The position numbers and the translations under genes are program-made. A stretch of 26,054 bases of DNA from Minisyncoccota bacterium (GTDB taxonomy: Bacteria > Patescibacteriota > Minisyncoccia > Phycocordibacterales > UBA1006), in contig CALBVO010000081.1 in NCBI GenBank assembly GCA_937970115.1, forward strand, positions 1 to 26,054. The letters are read 5' to 3'. The notes beneath the pieces are model-generated. The model was given only the letters and a program-made list of their open reading frames with translations, was not told where the DNA came from and searched no databases. Positions 16,788 to 25,749 of this stretch are shown here, in pieces. Numbering within the stretch: position 1 is the stretch's first letter; every line of letters starts with the position of its first letter.

Positions 16788-19700
16788 TTATGAGATAACA
16801 ATATCGTCTCCAAGCTCAGCTTCAAGTGATTCAAGTTCTTCTTCTCGAATACGTGATGGCATTTCGTCAAATGCAATAAAATCATTTCGGAAACCTGTTC
16901 CAGCTGGAATCAGATTTCCAACAATTACATTCTCCTTTAATCCTCGCAATTCATCAGTTTCTCCACCTGCCGCAGCTGAAACCAAAATACGTGTTGTATG
17001 TTGAAATGAGGCTGATGACAACCAAGATTTAGTTGATAAGGCTACTTCTGAAATACCCTTAACAACCGTTGCTGCCTTGGCACCAAGTTTTCCTTCTGCT
17101 TCTACAAGGTTGTTTTCTTGAATTAATTCAATATATTCAACAACATCTCCTGTTGAGAATTTAGTATCTCCTGGTGAGGTAATCTTACGTCGTGAGAACA
17201 TCAAACGTGTAATAATTTCAATATGTTTTGTTGATACGGGCGCAGAGTTTAATTCGTATACTTTTGCTACCTCAGATACAACATATTCTTGTGTTCGATC
17301 GGTTCCTGCAATATCAAACAATTCATCAATATTTGCTGAACCATCGGTGATAAGATCTCCTACCTCAACACGGTCATTTTTCTTTACTACTGGAGTTCGT
17401 CGTTTATCAAGCTCATATTCAACCGTTCGTGTCTTATTAGATCCAACCGTAATTTCAGTATCTGAAAGAACTTCAATAATTTTTACTCCTTCTTTTTCTC
17501 GAACATCTACTACCATTCCTCCAGTTTTGGAAATAACTGCTGGTGACTTAATATTTGAACGTTTTTCAAAGAGCTCTTCAATACGTGGAAGACCCGTTGT
17601 AATATCAAGTCCTGTAACTCCTCCAGCGTGGAAGGTTCGCAGTGTTAGCTGTGTTCCTGGCTCCCCAATTGATTGAGAAGCAATAGTCCCAATGGCTTCT
17701 CCAACTTTTACCAGAGCATTTCGCCCAAGATCAAGACCGTAACATTTTTGACATACACCATGCAAAGAATCACATTTAATTGGTGTTCGTACAGGGACTT
17801 CGGTTATTCCCGCCCCAACAATAGCTTCGGCATCATTACGATCAATAAGATGATTTTTCTTAAGAATTGTTTCCCCTTTTACATCAACTACCTTTGAGGA
17901 GGTAACTCGTCCAATAATATTTTCTAATAATGGTTTTACAATTCCATCATAATCAATATCAGTGGCAATAACATGTTTTTTAGTTTTACAATCTTCTTCA
18001 GTAACAACAACATCCTGAGCAACATCATGCAAACGTCGCGTTAGGTACCCAGCTGACGCTGTTTTCAACGCCGTATCAGTAAGACCCTTACGAGATCCGT
18101 GAGTCGTAATAAAATATTCAATTGGCGTTAGTCCTTCTTTATATGAAGAAAGGATTGGAAAATCAATTGCACGCCCTGACGCATTAACAATAACCCCCTT
18201 CATTCCTCCCATTTGTAGCATGTTCGATGTTGAACCACGCGCACCGGAAGTCACCATATCAAAAATAGATTCAGAAGCATCAAGATTTTCACCAATAACT
18301 TTTTCTACGTCAACCTTAACTCCCTCCCATAGCTCAATCGTTTTTCGATATCGCTCTGATTCAGAAATAAGACCTTCTTCGTATTGATCCTGGATTTCAA
18401 GTGCAGATTTTCGTCCGTTTTCGATAATAGTATGTTTTTCTTCTGGAATAATGGCATCAGAATATCCAAAAGTTGACCCCGAGAAGGTTACATATTTAAA
18501 TCCAAAATCTTTAATTTTATCAACCACAGGTGCAGTTTCTTCGATGCCGTATTTTTCAATTAAACGAGCAATAATTCGTGAGATATCTTTCTTTTTAATA
18601 TCTTGGTTCAGATATCCGAAGTCCTTTGGCATAATACTGTTGAACAATAATCGCCCAACGGTTGTTTCAAATGGTTTTCCATCAAATTCAGCATATCGTT
18701 CTGATTCTGTTGGAAGAACATGAATCTTTGCTCGAAAATCTACTTTTTCATAATCATAAGCAGTTACAGCTTCATTTGGTGATGAGAAAATTTTTCCTTC
18801 ACCATCAGCACCTTCAACAGCACGTGTCATCCAGTAAACCCCAAGAACCATATCCTGTGAGGGAGCAACGGTTGGTTCACCTGATGCTGGTCGCAAAAGG
18901 TTTTTACTCGATGCCATAAGTTCCTTAGCCTCGAATTGAGCTTCCTCTGAAAGCGGTACATGCACGGCCATTTGATCCCCATCAAAATCGGCGTTAAATC
19001 CGTTTACTGATAGTGGGTGTAGTTGGATTGCCTTTCCTTCAATAAGAATTGGCTGAAATGCCCGAATTGAAAGTCGGTGCAATGTTGGTGCACGATTCAA
19101 GAGAACATATTTCCCTTCAATAACTTGTTCTAAAATTTCCCAAATTTCATCAGTTGGTTGCTCAAGTAACTTCCCTGCTCCGCGAACATTAAAGGCCATT
19201 TCTCGTTCAATAATTTTTGAAATAACAAATGGTCGGAATAATTCAAGAGCCATATTCTTAGGAAGACCACATTGATCAATTCTTAGTTTAGGACCAACCA
19301 CGATAACCGAACGTCCAGAATAATCGACTCGTTTACCAAGAAGGTTTTGTCGGAACAAACCTTGTTTTCCTTTTAATTGATCCGAGAGAGATTTAAGATT
19401 TCGTTTTTGTGATGATGATTTTGCAACAGTCCCTGAATGTTTTCGAATCGTGTTATCAATCAATGAATCACATGCTTCCTGAAGAATACGTTTTTCGTTT
19501 CGCAAAATTACATCAGGAGCACCAATCGTCATTAATTTTTTCAACCGATTATTTCGGTTAATTACACGACGGTACAGATCATTAACATCAGATGTTGCAT
19601 ATCGTCCACCCTCAAGAGCCACCATAGGTCGCAATGCTGGTGGAATAACTGGGATCACCTCTAGGAACATCCATTCAGGACGAATATTCTCTCGATTTAA

Positions 19701-20489
19701 TGATCGAAGTAATGATAGTCGTTTTTCAATTTTAGTTCGAACAGCTACTGATTTTGTTGCTTGCACTGCTTCATTTAATTCAGTTTCAAGAGTATTCAAG
19801 TTAAGTGTTTTGAAGATATAGAAAATCGCTTCTGCACCAATACCTGCTTCGAAAATTGAACCAAATTTAAGTGAATAAATATTATATTCATCTTCAGAAA
19901 TAACTTTATAAGGAACAATTTCCTGAATTTGTTTTTTTGTTGTATCAAAAAGTGTTTTAAGTTTTTCTTTGTCTTCATCAGATTCAAGAGTTTTTTGCTT
20001 TGCCTTGTATTCACGTTGTAACTCCTTAAGAACATTATCTTTTGCTTCTTGGTGCACATCAGTAATAATATAGCTCGCAAAATAAATAACTTTTTCTAAT
20101 TGAGAAACAGGAATATTAAGCACTAATCCCATTCGTGATGGAATACCGCGCAAGAACCAAATATGTGCAACAGGTGAAGCCAAATCAATATGACCCATCC
20201 GCGTGCGACGTACGATTGCTCGCGTAACTTCTACACCACATTTTTCACATACGATATCTCGATAACGAATACCTTTATATTTTCCACAGTAACATTCATA
20301 ATCTTTTTCTGGTCCAAAAATTCGTTCATCAAATAACCCGTTCCGCTCAGAACGACCAGTTCGATAGTTAATAGTTTCTGGTTTTGCTACCTCTCCGTGT
20401 GACCATGATCGAATTTTTTCTGGTGATGCAAGACGAATTGAAACTTGTTTTTCTTGTTGAATCTTTTTTATTGTTTCTATTGTATTCAT
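16788..20489 (-). CDS. rpoC: DNA-directed RNA polymerase subunit beta'
   Basis: [17 protein letters not shown]...[36 protein letters not shown] motifs. Confidence 0.99.
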   Translation of the reverse strand: MNTIETIKKIQQEKQVSIRLASPEKIRSWSHGEVAKPETINYRTGRSERNGLFDERIFGPEKDYECYCGKYKGIRYRDIVCEKCGVEVTRAIVRRTRMGHIDLASPVAHIWFLRGIPSRMGLVLNIPVSQLEKVIYFASYIITDVHQEAKDNVLKELQREYKAKQKTLESDEDKEKLKTLFDTTKKQIQEIVPYKVISEDEYNIYSLKFGSIFEAGIGAEAIFYIFKTLNLNTLETELNEAVQATKSVAVRTKIEKRLSLLRSLNRENIRPEWMFLEVIPVIPPALRPMVALEGGRYATSDVNDLYRRVINRNNRLKKLMTIGAPDVILRNEKRILQEACDSLIDNTIRKHSGTVAKSSSQKRNLKSLSDQLKGKQGLFRQNLLGKRVDYSGRSVIVVGPKLRIDQCGLPKNMALELFRPFVISKIIEREMAFNVRGAGKLLEQPTDEIWEILEQVIEGKYVLLNRAPTLHRLSIRAFQPILIEGKAIQLHPLSVNGFNADFDGDQMAVHVPLSEEAQFEAKELMASSKNLLRPASGEPTVAPSQDMVLGVYWMTRAVEGADGEGKIFSSPNEAVTAYDYEKVDFRAKIHVLPTESERYAEFDGKPFETTVGRLLFNSIMPKDFGYLNQDIKKKDISRIIARLIEKYGIEETAPVVDKIKDFGFKYVTFSGSTFGYSDAIIPEEKHTIIENGRKSALEIQDQYEEGLISESERYRKTIELWEGVKVDVEKVIGENLDASESIFDMVTSGARGSTSNMLQMGGMKGVIVNASGRAIDFPILSSYKEGLTPIEYFITTHGSRKGLTDTALKTASAGYLTRRLHDVAQDVVVTEEDCKTKKHVIATDIDYDGIVKPLLENIIGRVTSSKVVDVKGETILKKNHLIDRNDAEAIVGAGITEVPVRTPIKCDSLHGVCQKCYGLDLGRNALVKVGEAIGTIASQSIGEPGTQLTLRTFHAGGVTGLDITTGLPRIEELFEKRSNIKSPAVISKTGGMVVDVREKEGVKIIEVLSDTEITVGSNKTRTVEYELDKRRTPVVKKNDRVEVGDLITDGSANIDELFDIAGTDRTQEYVVSEVAKVYELNSAPVSTKHIEIITRLMFSRRKITSPGDTKFSTGDVVEYIELIQENNLVEAEGKLGAKAATVVKGISEVALSTKSWLSSASFQHTTRILVSAAAGGETDELRGLKENVIVGNLIPAGTGFRNDFIAFDEMPSRIREEELESLEAELGDDIVIS

Positions 20490-20494
20490 AATGA

Positions 20495-23400
20495 TTATGC
20501 TTTATCTGGTTCTGGAGTTACCTCTGCTGACTCAACATCAACAATAGCTTCCTCATCAACACTAATAAGATTTTTTTCTCGAATAATATCTAAGTTAACA
20601 TCTAATGATAATCCACGTAGATAATTCACCAACACTTCAAATGACGCTGGAGTATTTTGTTGATCAATTTTCTGACCTTTAATAATTGAATCAAAAGCAG
20701 CAGAACGTCCAACAACATCGTCAGATTTAATGGTTAACATTTCTCGCAGAGTGTGAGCGGCCCCATACCCTTCGAGCGCCCATACCTCCATCTCTCCGAA
20801 TCGCTGACCTCCTGATTGCGCCTTACCACCGAGCGGTTGTTGAGTAATTAATGAGTATGGTCCGATTGAACGTGCGTGCATTTTATCATCAATCATATGA
20901 TGTAATTTCAAAATATACATGTATCCAACAGCAACGTCTTGATCAAATTTCTGGCCTGTTCTCCCGTCAAACAAAGTTACCTTTCCAGACCCTGAAAATC
21001 CAGCCGTTTCTAATTCTGCTGCAATTTCGTCAGCTGTTGCCCCAGCAAAAGATGGAACAATGGCTTGATATCCAAGGGTATTTGCCGCAAGTCCAAGGTG
21101 CATTTCAAGAATTTGACCAAGGTTCATACGTGACGGAATTCCAAGCGGTGTCAAAATAACATCAATCGGTGTTCCATCGGCCATATAAGGCATATCTTCC
21201 TCTGGCAGCACAATGGAGATAACTCCCTTGTTACCATGTCGCCCAGCAAGCTTATCTCCTACCTTGATATTACGTAATTGTGCAATTTCAATGTATACCT
21301 TTTTCAAAACTCCTGATTCAAGTTTATGCCCTTGGTCTCGTGAAAATACTTTTACTCCAATGATTCGTCCTTTCTTTCCATATCCCAGACGTAGTGAAGT
21401 ATCCTTAACATCACGTGATTTTTCTCCAAAAATTGATCGCAAAAGTTTTTCTTCTGGAGTGAGCTCTGTTTCACCTTTTGGTGTAACCTTTCCAACCAAA
21501 ATATCATTTTCTCCAACGTATGCCCCAACACGAACAATTCCGTCTTCATCAAGATTTTTTAATCGTACCTCTCCGACATTTGGAATATCAGTAGTCGTTT
21601 GTTCTTCTCCTAATTTCGTATCTCGAACAACACACTCATATTCATCAATTCGAATTGAGGTGAAAATTGAATTTTTCACCAATTTTTCTGAAAGAATAAT
21701 CGCATCCTCAAAGTTTTGACCATTCCAGCACATAAATGCAACCAAAACGTTTTGACCAATCGCCAATTGTCCACCTTCTGTTGTAGAAGTATCTGCGAGA
21801 ACTTGTCCTTTTTTTACCTTGTCACCGGTCGTCACAATTGAACGTTGGTGGAAAAAAGAGTTTGAGTTTGTTCGAATAAAGTTAATCAGATTATAGGTTT
21901 CGATATTCCCTTTTGAATCTTTTACGGAAATATGTTTTCCATCTGATTCGACAACGGTTCCATTTGATCGTGAAATCACCACGCGACCTGTGTCGAGCGC
22001 TGCTTTTCCTTCCATACCTGTTCCAACAAGTGGCGCTTGTGGCACTACTAATGGTACGGCTTGTTTCATCATGTTCGATCCCATTAAAGATCGGTTAGCA
22101 TCATCAGCTTCCAAGAATGGAATCAATGATGTCGCAACAGAGAATGCTGCATTTGTCGCAACGTCAATATATTCAACATCTTCACGTGCACAAATACCTG
22201 GGCGTGTTTTAATACGCGCTTCAACAATATCGTTAATAAATTTACCATTTTTATCGTATGGGTTCGATGCGTGAGCGATATTATATTTTTCTTCATCCAT
22301 TGCATTTAGGTATTCAATTTCTCCCGTTACCTTTCCTTTTACTACTTTTGCGTATGGCGCTTCAATCATTCCAAAATTATTAATTCGAGCGTATACACTC
22401 ATACGTAAAATCAATCCAATGTTTTGCCCTTCTGGAGTATGGATTGGACATACACGCCCATAATGAGACGGGTGCACATCACGTACCTCAAATCCAGCAC
22501 GTTCACGCGTGAGACCTCCTGGTCCAAGAGCAGACAATGTCCGTAGGTGAGAAATTTCTGAAAGAGCGTTCTCTTGATCCATATATTGTGACAACTGTGA
22601 TGTTGCAAAGAATTCCTTCATACGAGCCTGGAATGGTCGTTGATTTACCAAAGTCATCGATCCAGTTGTATCATTATCAACAGTCGACATTCTATCTCGA
22701 ATATTTCGTTTCATTTGAGATAATGCCTGACGAACTTTTTGCTCAAGTAATTCTCCTACGAATCGCACACGTCGTGACCCAAGGTGATCAATATCATCTG
22801 CTCGTGCTGTTGGATCCACGTTCATATGAGCGATTTTTGTCATAATAATAACAAGATCTTCAACCTGAAGGGTTTGCTCGTAAACACCCTTTTTGGGGAG
22901 TGCTTTATCAAATCGTTTATTGAAATGATATCGTCCAACTTCTGACATGTCATAAAGTGTTTCCCCAAAAATGGCTTCAAAATATTCAACCAATGCATCT
23001 GGTGATGCTACTTCTCCATCACGAATTCGCCTGTATACATCTGCGTAGGCTTCTTGTTTATCCAATGAGGTATCTTTTGCAAGGGTTGCTTCGATTTGCT
23101 TGTATGCTATTTCATCATCCTTAAATGCTTCTAGAATTTCTTCGCTTGTTTCTAATCCAAAAACACGGAGTAATGCTGTTGCGGCAAATTTACGTTTTTT
23201 ATCGATACGCACATAGATAGCTCCATCTTTGTTTGATTCAAATTCAATCCATGCTCCCCGTGCAGGAATAATTTTTGCCCCAAAGAATGGTCCTTTTACA
23301 TGGTCATCCATAGTAAAGAAAACTCCATATGATCGCGCTAGTTGCGGCACAATAACACGCTCGATACCATTAATAATAAAAGTACCGTGCGGTGTCATAT

Positions 23401-23734
23401 ACGGAATCTCTGTTAAAAAGATTTCTTCTTCTTTTGTAGAATCAAGTGTTTTATTATACAAAGACACTCGTCCCTTGAGGCGAGCTTCGTAGGTCTTTTT
23501 ATTTTCTCGAGCATAGTACTCGTCAAACTCAGGTGGTTCAATAGAAAAATCCAAGAAATTAAGTTCAAATTTCTTTTCTGAGTAGTCCATAATTGGAGAG
23601 AACTCCATGATAGCATTTTGGATGCCACCTTCCATAAATTTTTCAAAAGATTCAATTTGATTTTCAACCAAGTTTGGCATTTCAATCAATGGATCTTTAT
23701 ACTTTGAAAAATATTTTTTTTCGCGTGTATTCAT
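20495..23734 (-). CDS. rpoB: DNA-directed RNA polymerase subunit beta
   Basis: GTFIINGIERV, SALGPGGL, RDVHPSHYGR, GDKLAGRHGNKG, GQRFGEMEVWALE motifs. Confidence 0.99.
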   Translation of the reverse strand: MNTREKKYFSKYKDPLIEMPNLVENQIESFEKFMEGGIQNAIMEFSPIMDYSEKKFELNFLDFSIEPPEFDEYYARENKKTYEARLKGRVSLYNKTLDSTKEEEIFLTEIPYMTPHGTFIINGIERVIVPQLARSYGVFFTMDDHVKGPFFGAKIIPARGAWIEFESNKDGAIYVRIDKKRKFAATALLRVFGLETSEEILEAFKDDEIAYKQIEATLAKDTSLDKQEAYADVYRRIRDGEVASPDALVEYFEAIFGETLYDMSEVGRYHFNKRFDKALPKKGVYEQTLQVEDLVIIMTKIAHMNVDPTARADDIDHLGSRRVRFVGELLEQKVRQALSQMKRNIRDRMSTVDNDTTGSMTLVNQRPFQARMKEFFATSQLSQYMDQENALSEISHLRTLSALGPGGLTRERAGFEVRDVHPSHYGRVCPIHTPEGQNIGLILRMSVYARINNFGMIEAPYAKVVKGKVTGEIEYLNAMDEEKYNIAHASNPYDKNGKFINDIVEARIKTRPGICAREDVEYIDVATNAAFSVATSLIPFLEADDANRSLMGSNMMKQAVPLVVPQAPLVGTGMEGKAALDTGRVVISRSNGTVVESDGKHISVKDSKGNIETYNLINFIRTNSNSFFHQRSIVTTGDKVKKGQVLADTSTTEGGQLAIGQNVLVAFMCWNGQNFEDAIILSEKLVKNSIFTSIRIDEYECVVRDTKLGEEQTTTDIPNVGEVRLKNLDEDGIVRVGAYVGENDILVGKVTPKGETELTPEEKLLRSIFGEKSRDVKDTSLRLGYGKKGRIIGVKVFSRDQGHKLESGVLKKVYIEIAQLRNIKVGDKLAGRHGNKGVISIVLPEEDMPYMADGTPIDVILTPLGIPSRMNLGQILEMHLGLAANTLGYQAIVPSFAGATADEIAAELETAGFSGSGKVTLFDGRTGQKFDQDVAVGYMYILKLHHMIDDKMHARSIGPYSLITQQPLGGKAQSGGQRFGEMEVWALEGYGAAHTLREMLTIKSDDVVGRSAAFDSIIKGQKIDQQNTPASFEVLVNYLRGLSLDVNLDIIREKNLISVDEEAIVDVESAEVTPEPDKA

Positions 23735-23871
23735 AACAGAAAATTCACCAAAGAGAACTTTGGTGGTTTAGTTTTTATACTTTTTAAGGGTTAATAAGGA
23801 AATAAACATATAATAATGTTGTAAAGCAACCCTAATGCAACAAAAACTCAATCAGATATTAGGTACTAAGC

Positions 23872-23899
23872 ATATTACGAATATTTTTGCAATTGTCAA
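23872..23899 (-). promoter_or_regulatory. Candidate sigma70 promoter for rpoB
   Basis: Minus strand TTGACA-16 nt-TAATAT about 135 nt upstream of the rpoB start. Confidence 0.4.
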
Positions 23900-23903
23900 A
23901 AAA

Positions 23904-24069
23904 TTCTTTTCTTTTGAAACCAAAAGAAACAAAAGTTTTTGAGCTCATAGAAATAATCTAAAATCAGCTCATATTTTTGATGCTCGAGAACTCGCTATCG
24001 CTTAAACAACTCTCGCATTATTCAAAAAATATCAGACTATTTCTTTACAATCATTTATATAGGCTCAAA
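23904..24069. repeat. Nested palindromic interspersed element
   Basis: Arms TTTGAGC/GCTCAAA, AGAAATA/TATTTCT, ATATTTTTGA/TCAAAAAATAT and GAGA/TCTC around AACTCGCTATCGCTTAAACA, plus a CTTTTG/CAAAAG side hairpin. Confidence 0.55.
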
Positions 24070-24096
24070 TAAATAGAGATGTGAAATAATAATTCA

Positions 24097-24128
24097 AAAG
24101 AGCAGGTACACAAACACTGCTCTTTTTT
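24097..24128 (-). terminator. Terminator closing a small minus-strand transcription unit
   Basis: AAAAGAGCAG...CTGCTCTTTT inverted repeat. Confidence 0.55.
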
Positions 24129-24160
24129 ATTTATGATTTATGATTTATATTCCGTCTAAT

Positions 24161-24193
24161 TTAGTCAGATATAACAGTTATGAGTCTTTTCAT
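24161..24193 (-). CDS. Candidate 10-aa peptide ORF (MKRLITVISD) with a perfect SD
   Basis: AAAGGAGGT at 24204-24212, 10 nt before the ATG; lies between a promoter (24422-24449) and a terminator (24097-24128). Confidence 0.3.
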   Translation of the reverse strand: MKRLITVISD

Positions 24194-24421
24194 AACAACA
24201 CTAACCTCCTTTCAGTTATAAAATAATACATAAGATATATATTTTAAATTAAGTGATCACAAATCTGGCAAGATAAGTGGCGCAATGCGACTTTTCCAAG
24301 TAATTAGTTATGTTGTGAAGACTTTTCTTTTTTAGTTAAACAATTTATTTTATTTATTGCAGGTCATGTGGAGGTGACTTTTTTTACAATAAAATCGTGA
24401 TTAAACTTAAATTCTGACTTA

Positions 24422-24449
24422 ATTATAACATTTTTAGAAAATCTCTCAA
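24422..24449 (-). promoter_or_regulatory. Strong sigma70-type promoter with no long ORF downstream
   Basis: TTGAGA-16 nt-TATAAT with extended TG. Confidence 0.5.
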
Positions 24450-24453
24450 AATT

Positions 24454-24484
24454 TAACCCCAAAACAAAAAATGTTTTGGGGTTA
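24454..24484 (-). terminator. Hairpin after the hypothetical gene
   Basis: TAACCCCAAAACA-aaaaa-TGTTTTGGGGTTA, perfect 13-bp stem 5 nt after the stop. Confidence 0.65.
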
Positions 24485-24489
24485 TTCTA

Positions 24490-24897
24490 TTATGCGTATC
24501 TAGCGTGTGAAGGTCGTCGTGTTTTTTCTTTTGTCTTAGCGACAATTTTTTTTCCGACTTGTTTCATCCTTGTAAACATATTTTGTTTTTCAAAATTTCG
24601 AAGCAGAGTATCAGTCGAGATAACTTGGAACCCTGATTCCTTCAAGCGGTTGTATAAATCATGATTAGATGAGAGGAAAAATACTGTCTCTATACTCCAG
24701 CCATAATATTCAGAATCAATATCTTGTGAGATTGCCTCATTCCCTCTAGCCTCTTTTAAGGCCGCTGAATATTTTAAGTGCTTAACATCTTTTATCTGAA
24801 TATCTGTTGATGCAAGCATTCTACGAATTTTTTCACAGAGAAACTTTTTTTTCTCATATGAATAATTACCAACAAGAATTGGATATTTTTGAATCAT
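24490..24897 (-). CDS. Hypothetical protein, 135 aa, basic C-terminus
   Basis: Clean ORF with TGtTATAAT upstream and a hairpin downstream; no family recognised. Confidence 0.65.
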   Translation of the reverse strand: MIQKYPILVGNYSYEKKKFLCEKIRRMLASTDIQIKDVKHLKYSAALKEARGNEAISQDIDSEYYGWSIETVFFLSSNHDLYNRLKESGFQVISTDTLLRNFEKQNMFTRMKQVGKKIVAKTKEKTRRPSHARYA

Positions 24898-24965
24898 AGA
24901 CTATGTATTTAAATTTATTAATAACTATTTAAATAAATTATAACACAAAATAAAGAATTACCAAA

Positions 24966-25631
24966 TTAGTGTTTTTTTCGCCATTCATCTATTAATTTAT
25001 GGTTCCCTTCTGTTAAGACAGAAGGAACTGAATATGTTTTGCCTTTGTATGAATATTCTGCTGGTCGTGTATACATCTCATGTGATGAAATACGTTCTTC
25101 TTCGAGTGAATGTTTATTTCCCAAGACTCCATCAACCTGACGAGATAGTGAATCAATCATTACCATAGCCGCCAATTCTCCACCAGTAAGAACATAATCG
25201 CCAATGGAAATTAATTCTGCACCAGTAATATCTGCTACGCGTGCATCGATACCTTCATAACGACCACAAATAAATATAATATCAGTATACTCAAGGACAG
25301 AAGATTTTGCATAGGCAGTAGTAAATTTCTCTCCACCAGGCGACAAAACAATAGTTTTGAACTTTCTTTTTTTGGTAAGAGGTAATTTTTCTCTCATAGT
25401 CTTTTTTGTAATAGTTGACCATAGATCAATAATTGGTTCAGCCATCATAACCATTCCTGGCCCTCCACCATAGGGAATATCATCTACCTTTTTGTGTTTA
25501 TTTTTTGTTACTGCTCGTGGATTATAAAATTGAATATTGATAAGATCCTTATCACGTGCCTTTTTGAGCATTGAATCATTAAGATATGAATCAAAGAGAT
25601 TTGGAAAAAGAGTTATTACATGAAAATTCAT
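24966..25631 (-). CDS. trmD: tRNA (guanine-N1)-methyltransferase
   Basis: FHVITLFP, VDDIPYGGGPGMVM, LSPGGE, ICGRYEGID, SIGDYVLTGGE, YTRP motifs. Confidence 0.97.
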   Translation of the reverse strand: MNFHVITLFPNLFDSYLNDSMLKKARDKDLINIQFYNPRAVTKNKHKKVDDIPYGGGPGMVMMAEPIIDLWSTITKKTMREKLPLTKKRKFKTIVLSPGGEKFTTAYAKSSVLEYTDIIFICGRYEGIDARVADITGAELISIGDYVLTGGELAAMVMIDSLSRQVDGVLGNKHSLEEERISSHEMYTRPAEYSYKGKTYSVPSVLTEGNHKLIDEWRKKH

Positions 25632-25637
25632 AATCTA

Positions 25638-25666
25638 ATTCTATGTAGATTAGTTCAATGTTGCAA
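25638..25666 (-). promoter_or_regulatory. sigma70 promoter of trmD (leaderless geometry)
   Basis: TTGCAA-17 nt-TAGAAT-6 nt-ATG. Confidence 0.7.
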
Positions 25667-25715
25667 GAGATAACAAAATCCACCAACGACAAAGACTAGC
25701 AATGATCTTTTTTTA

Positions 25716-25743
25716 TTGTATATTCTATGAAATTACGTAGACT
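25716..25743 (+). promoter_or_regulatory. Candidate promoter of rnpB
   Basis: TTGTAT-16 nt-TAGACT just upstream of the RNA. Confidence 0.45.
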
Positions 25744-25749
25744 AATAAT

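Noticed and set aside
14293-23685. Numerous short ORFs overlapping rpoD, dnaG, rpoC and rpoB
   Set aside because: Antisense or out-of-frame shadows of highly conserved genes.
23768-23809. 13-codon uORF (MFISLLTLKKYKN) in the rpoB leader
   Set aside because: No SD, no leaderless geometry and no attenuator structure; expected by chance in AT-rich DNA.
24129-24149. Three-copy ATTTATG heptamer run
   Set aside because: Short, imperfect and non-coding; too small to support a switch on its own (mentioned only as part of the 24097-24449 unit).
24201-24215. ACCTCCTTT resembling a 16S rRNA 3' end
   Set aside because: No upstream 16S sequence; better read as an SD on the minus strand.
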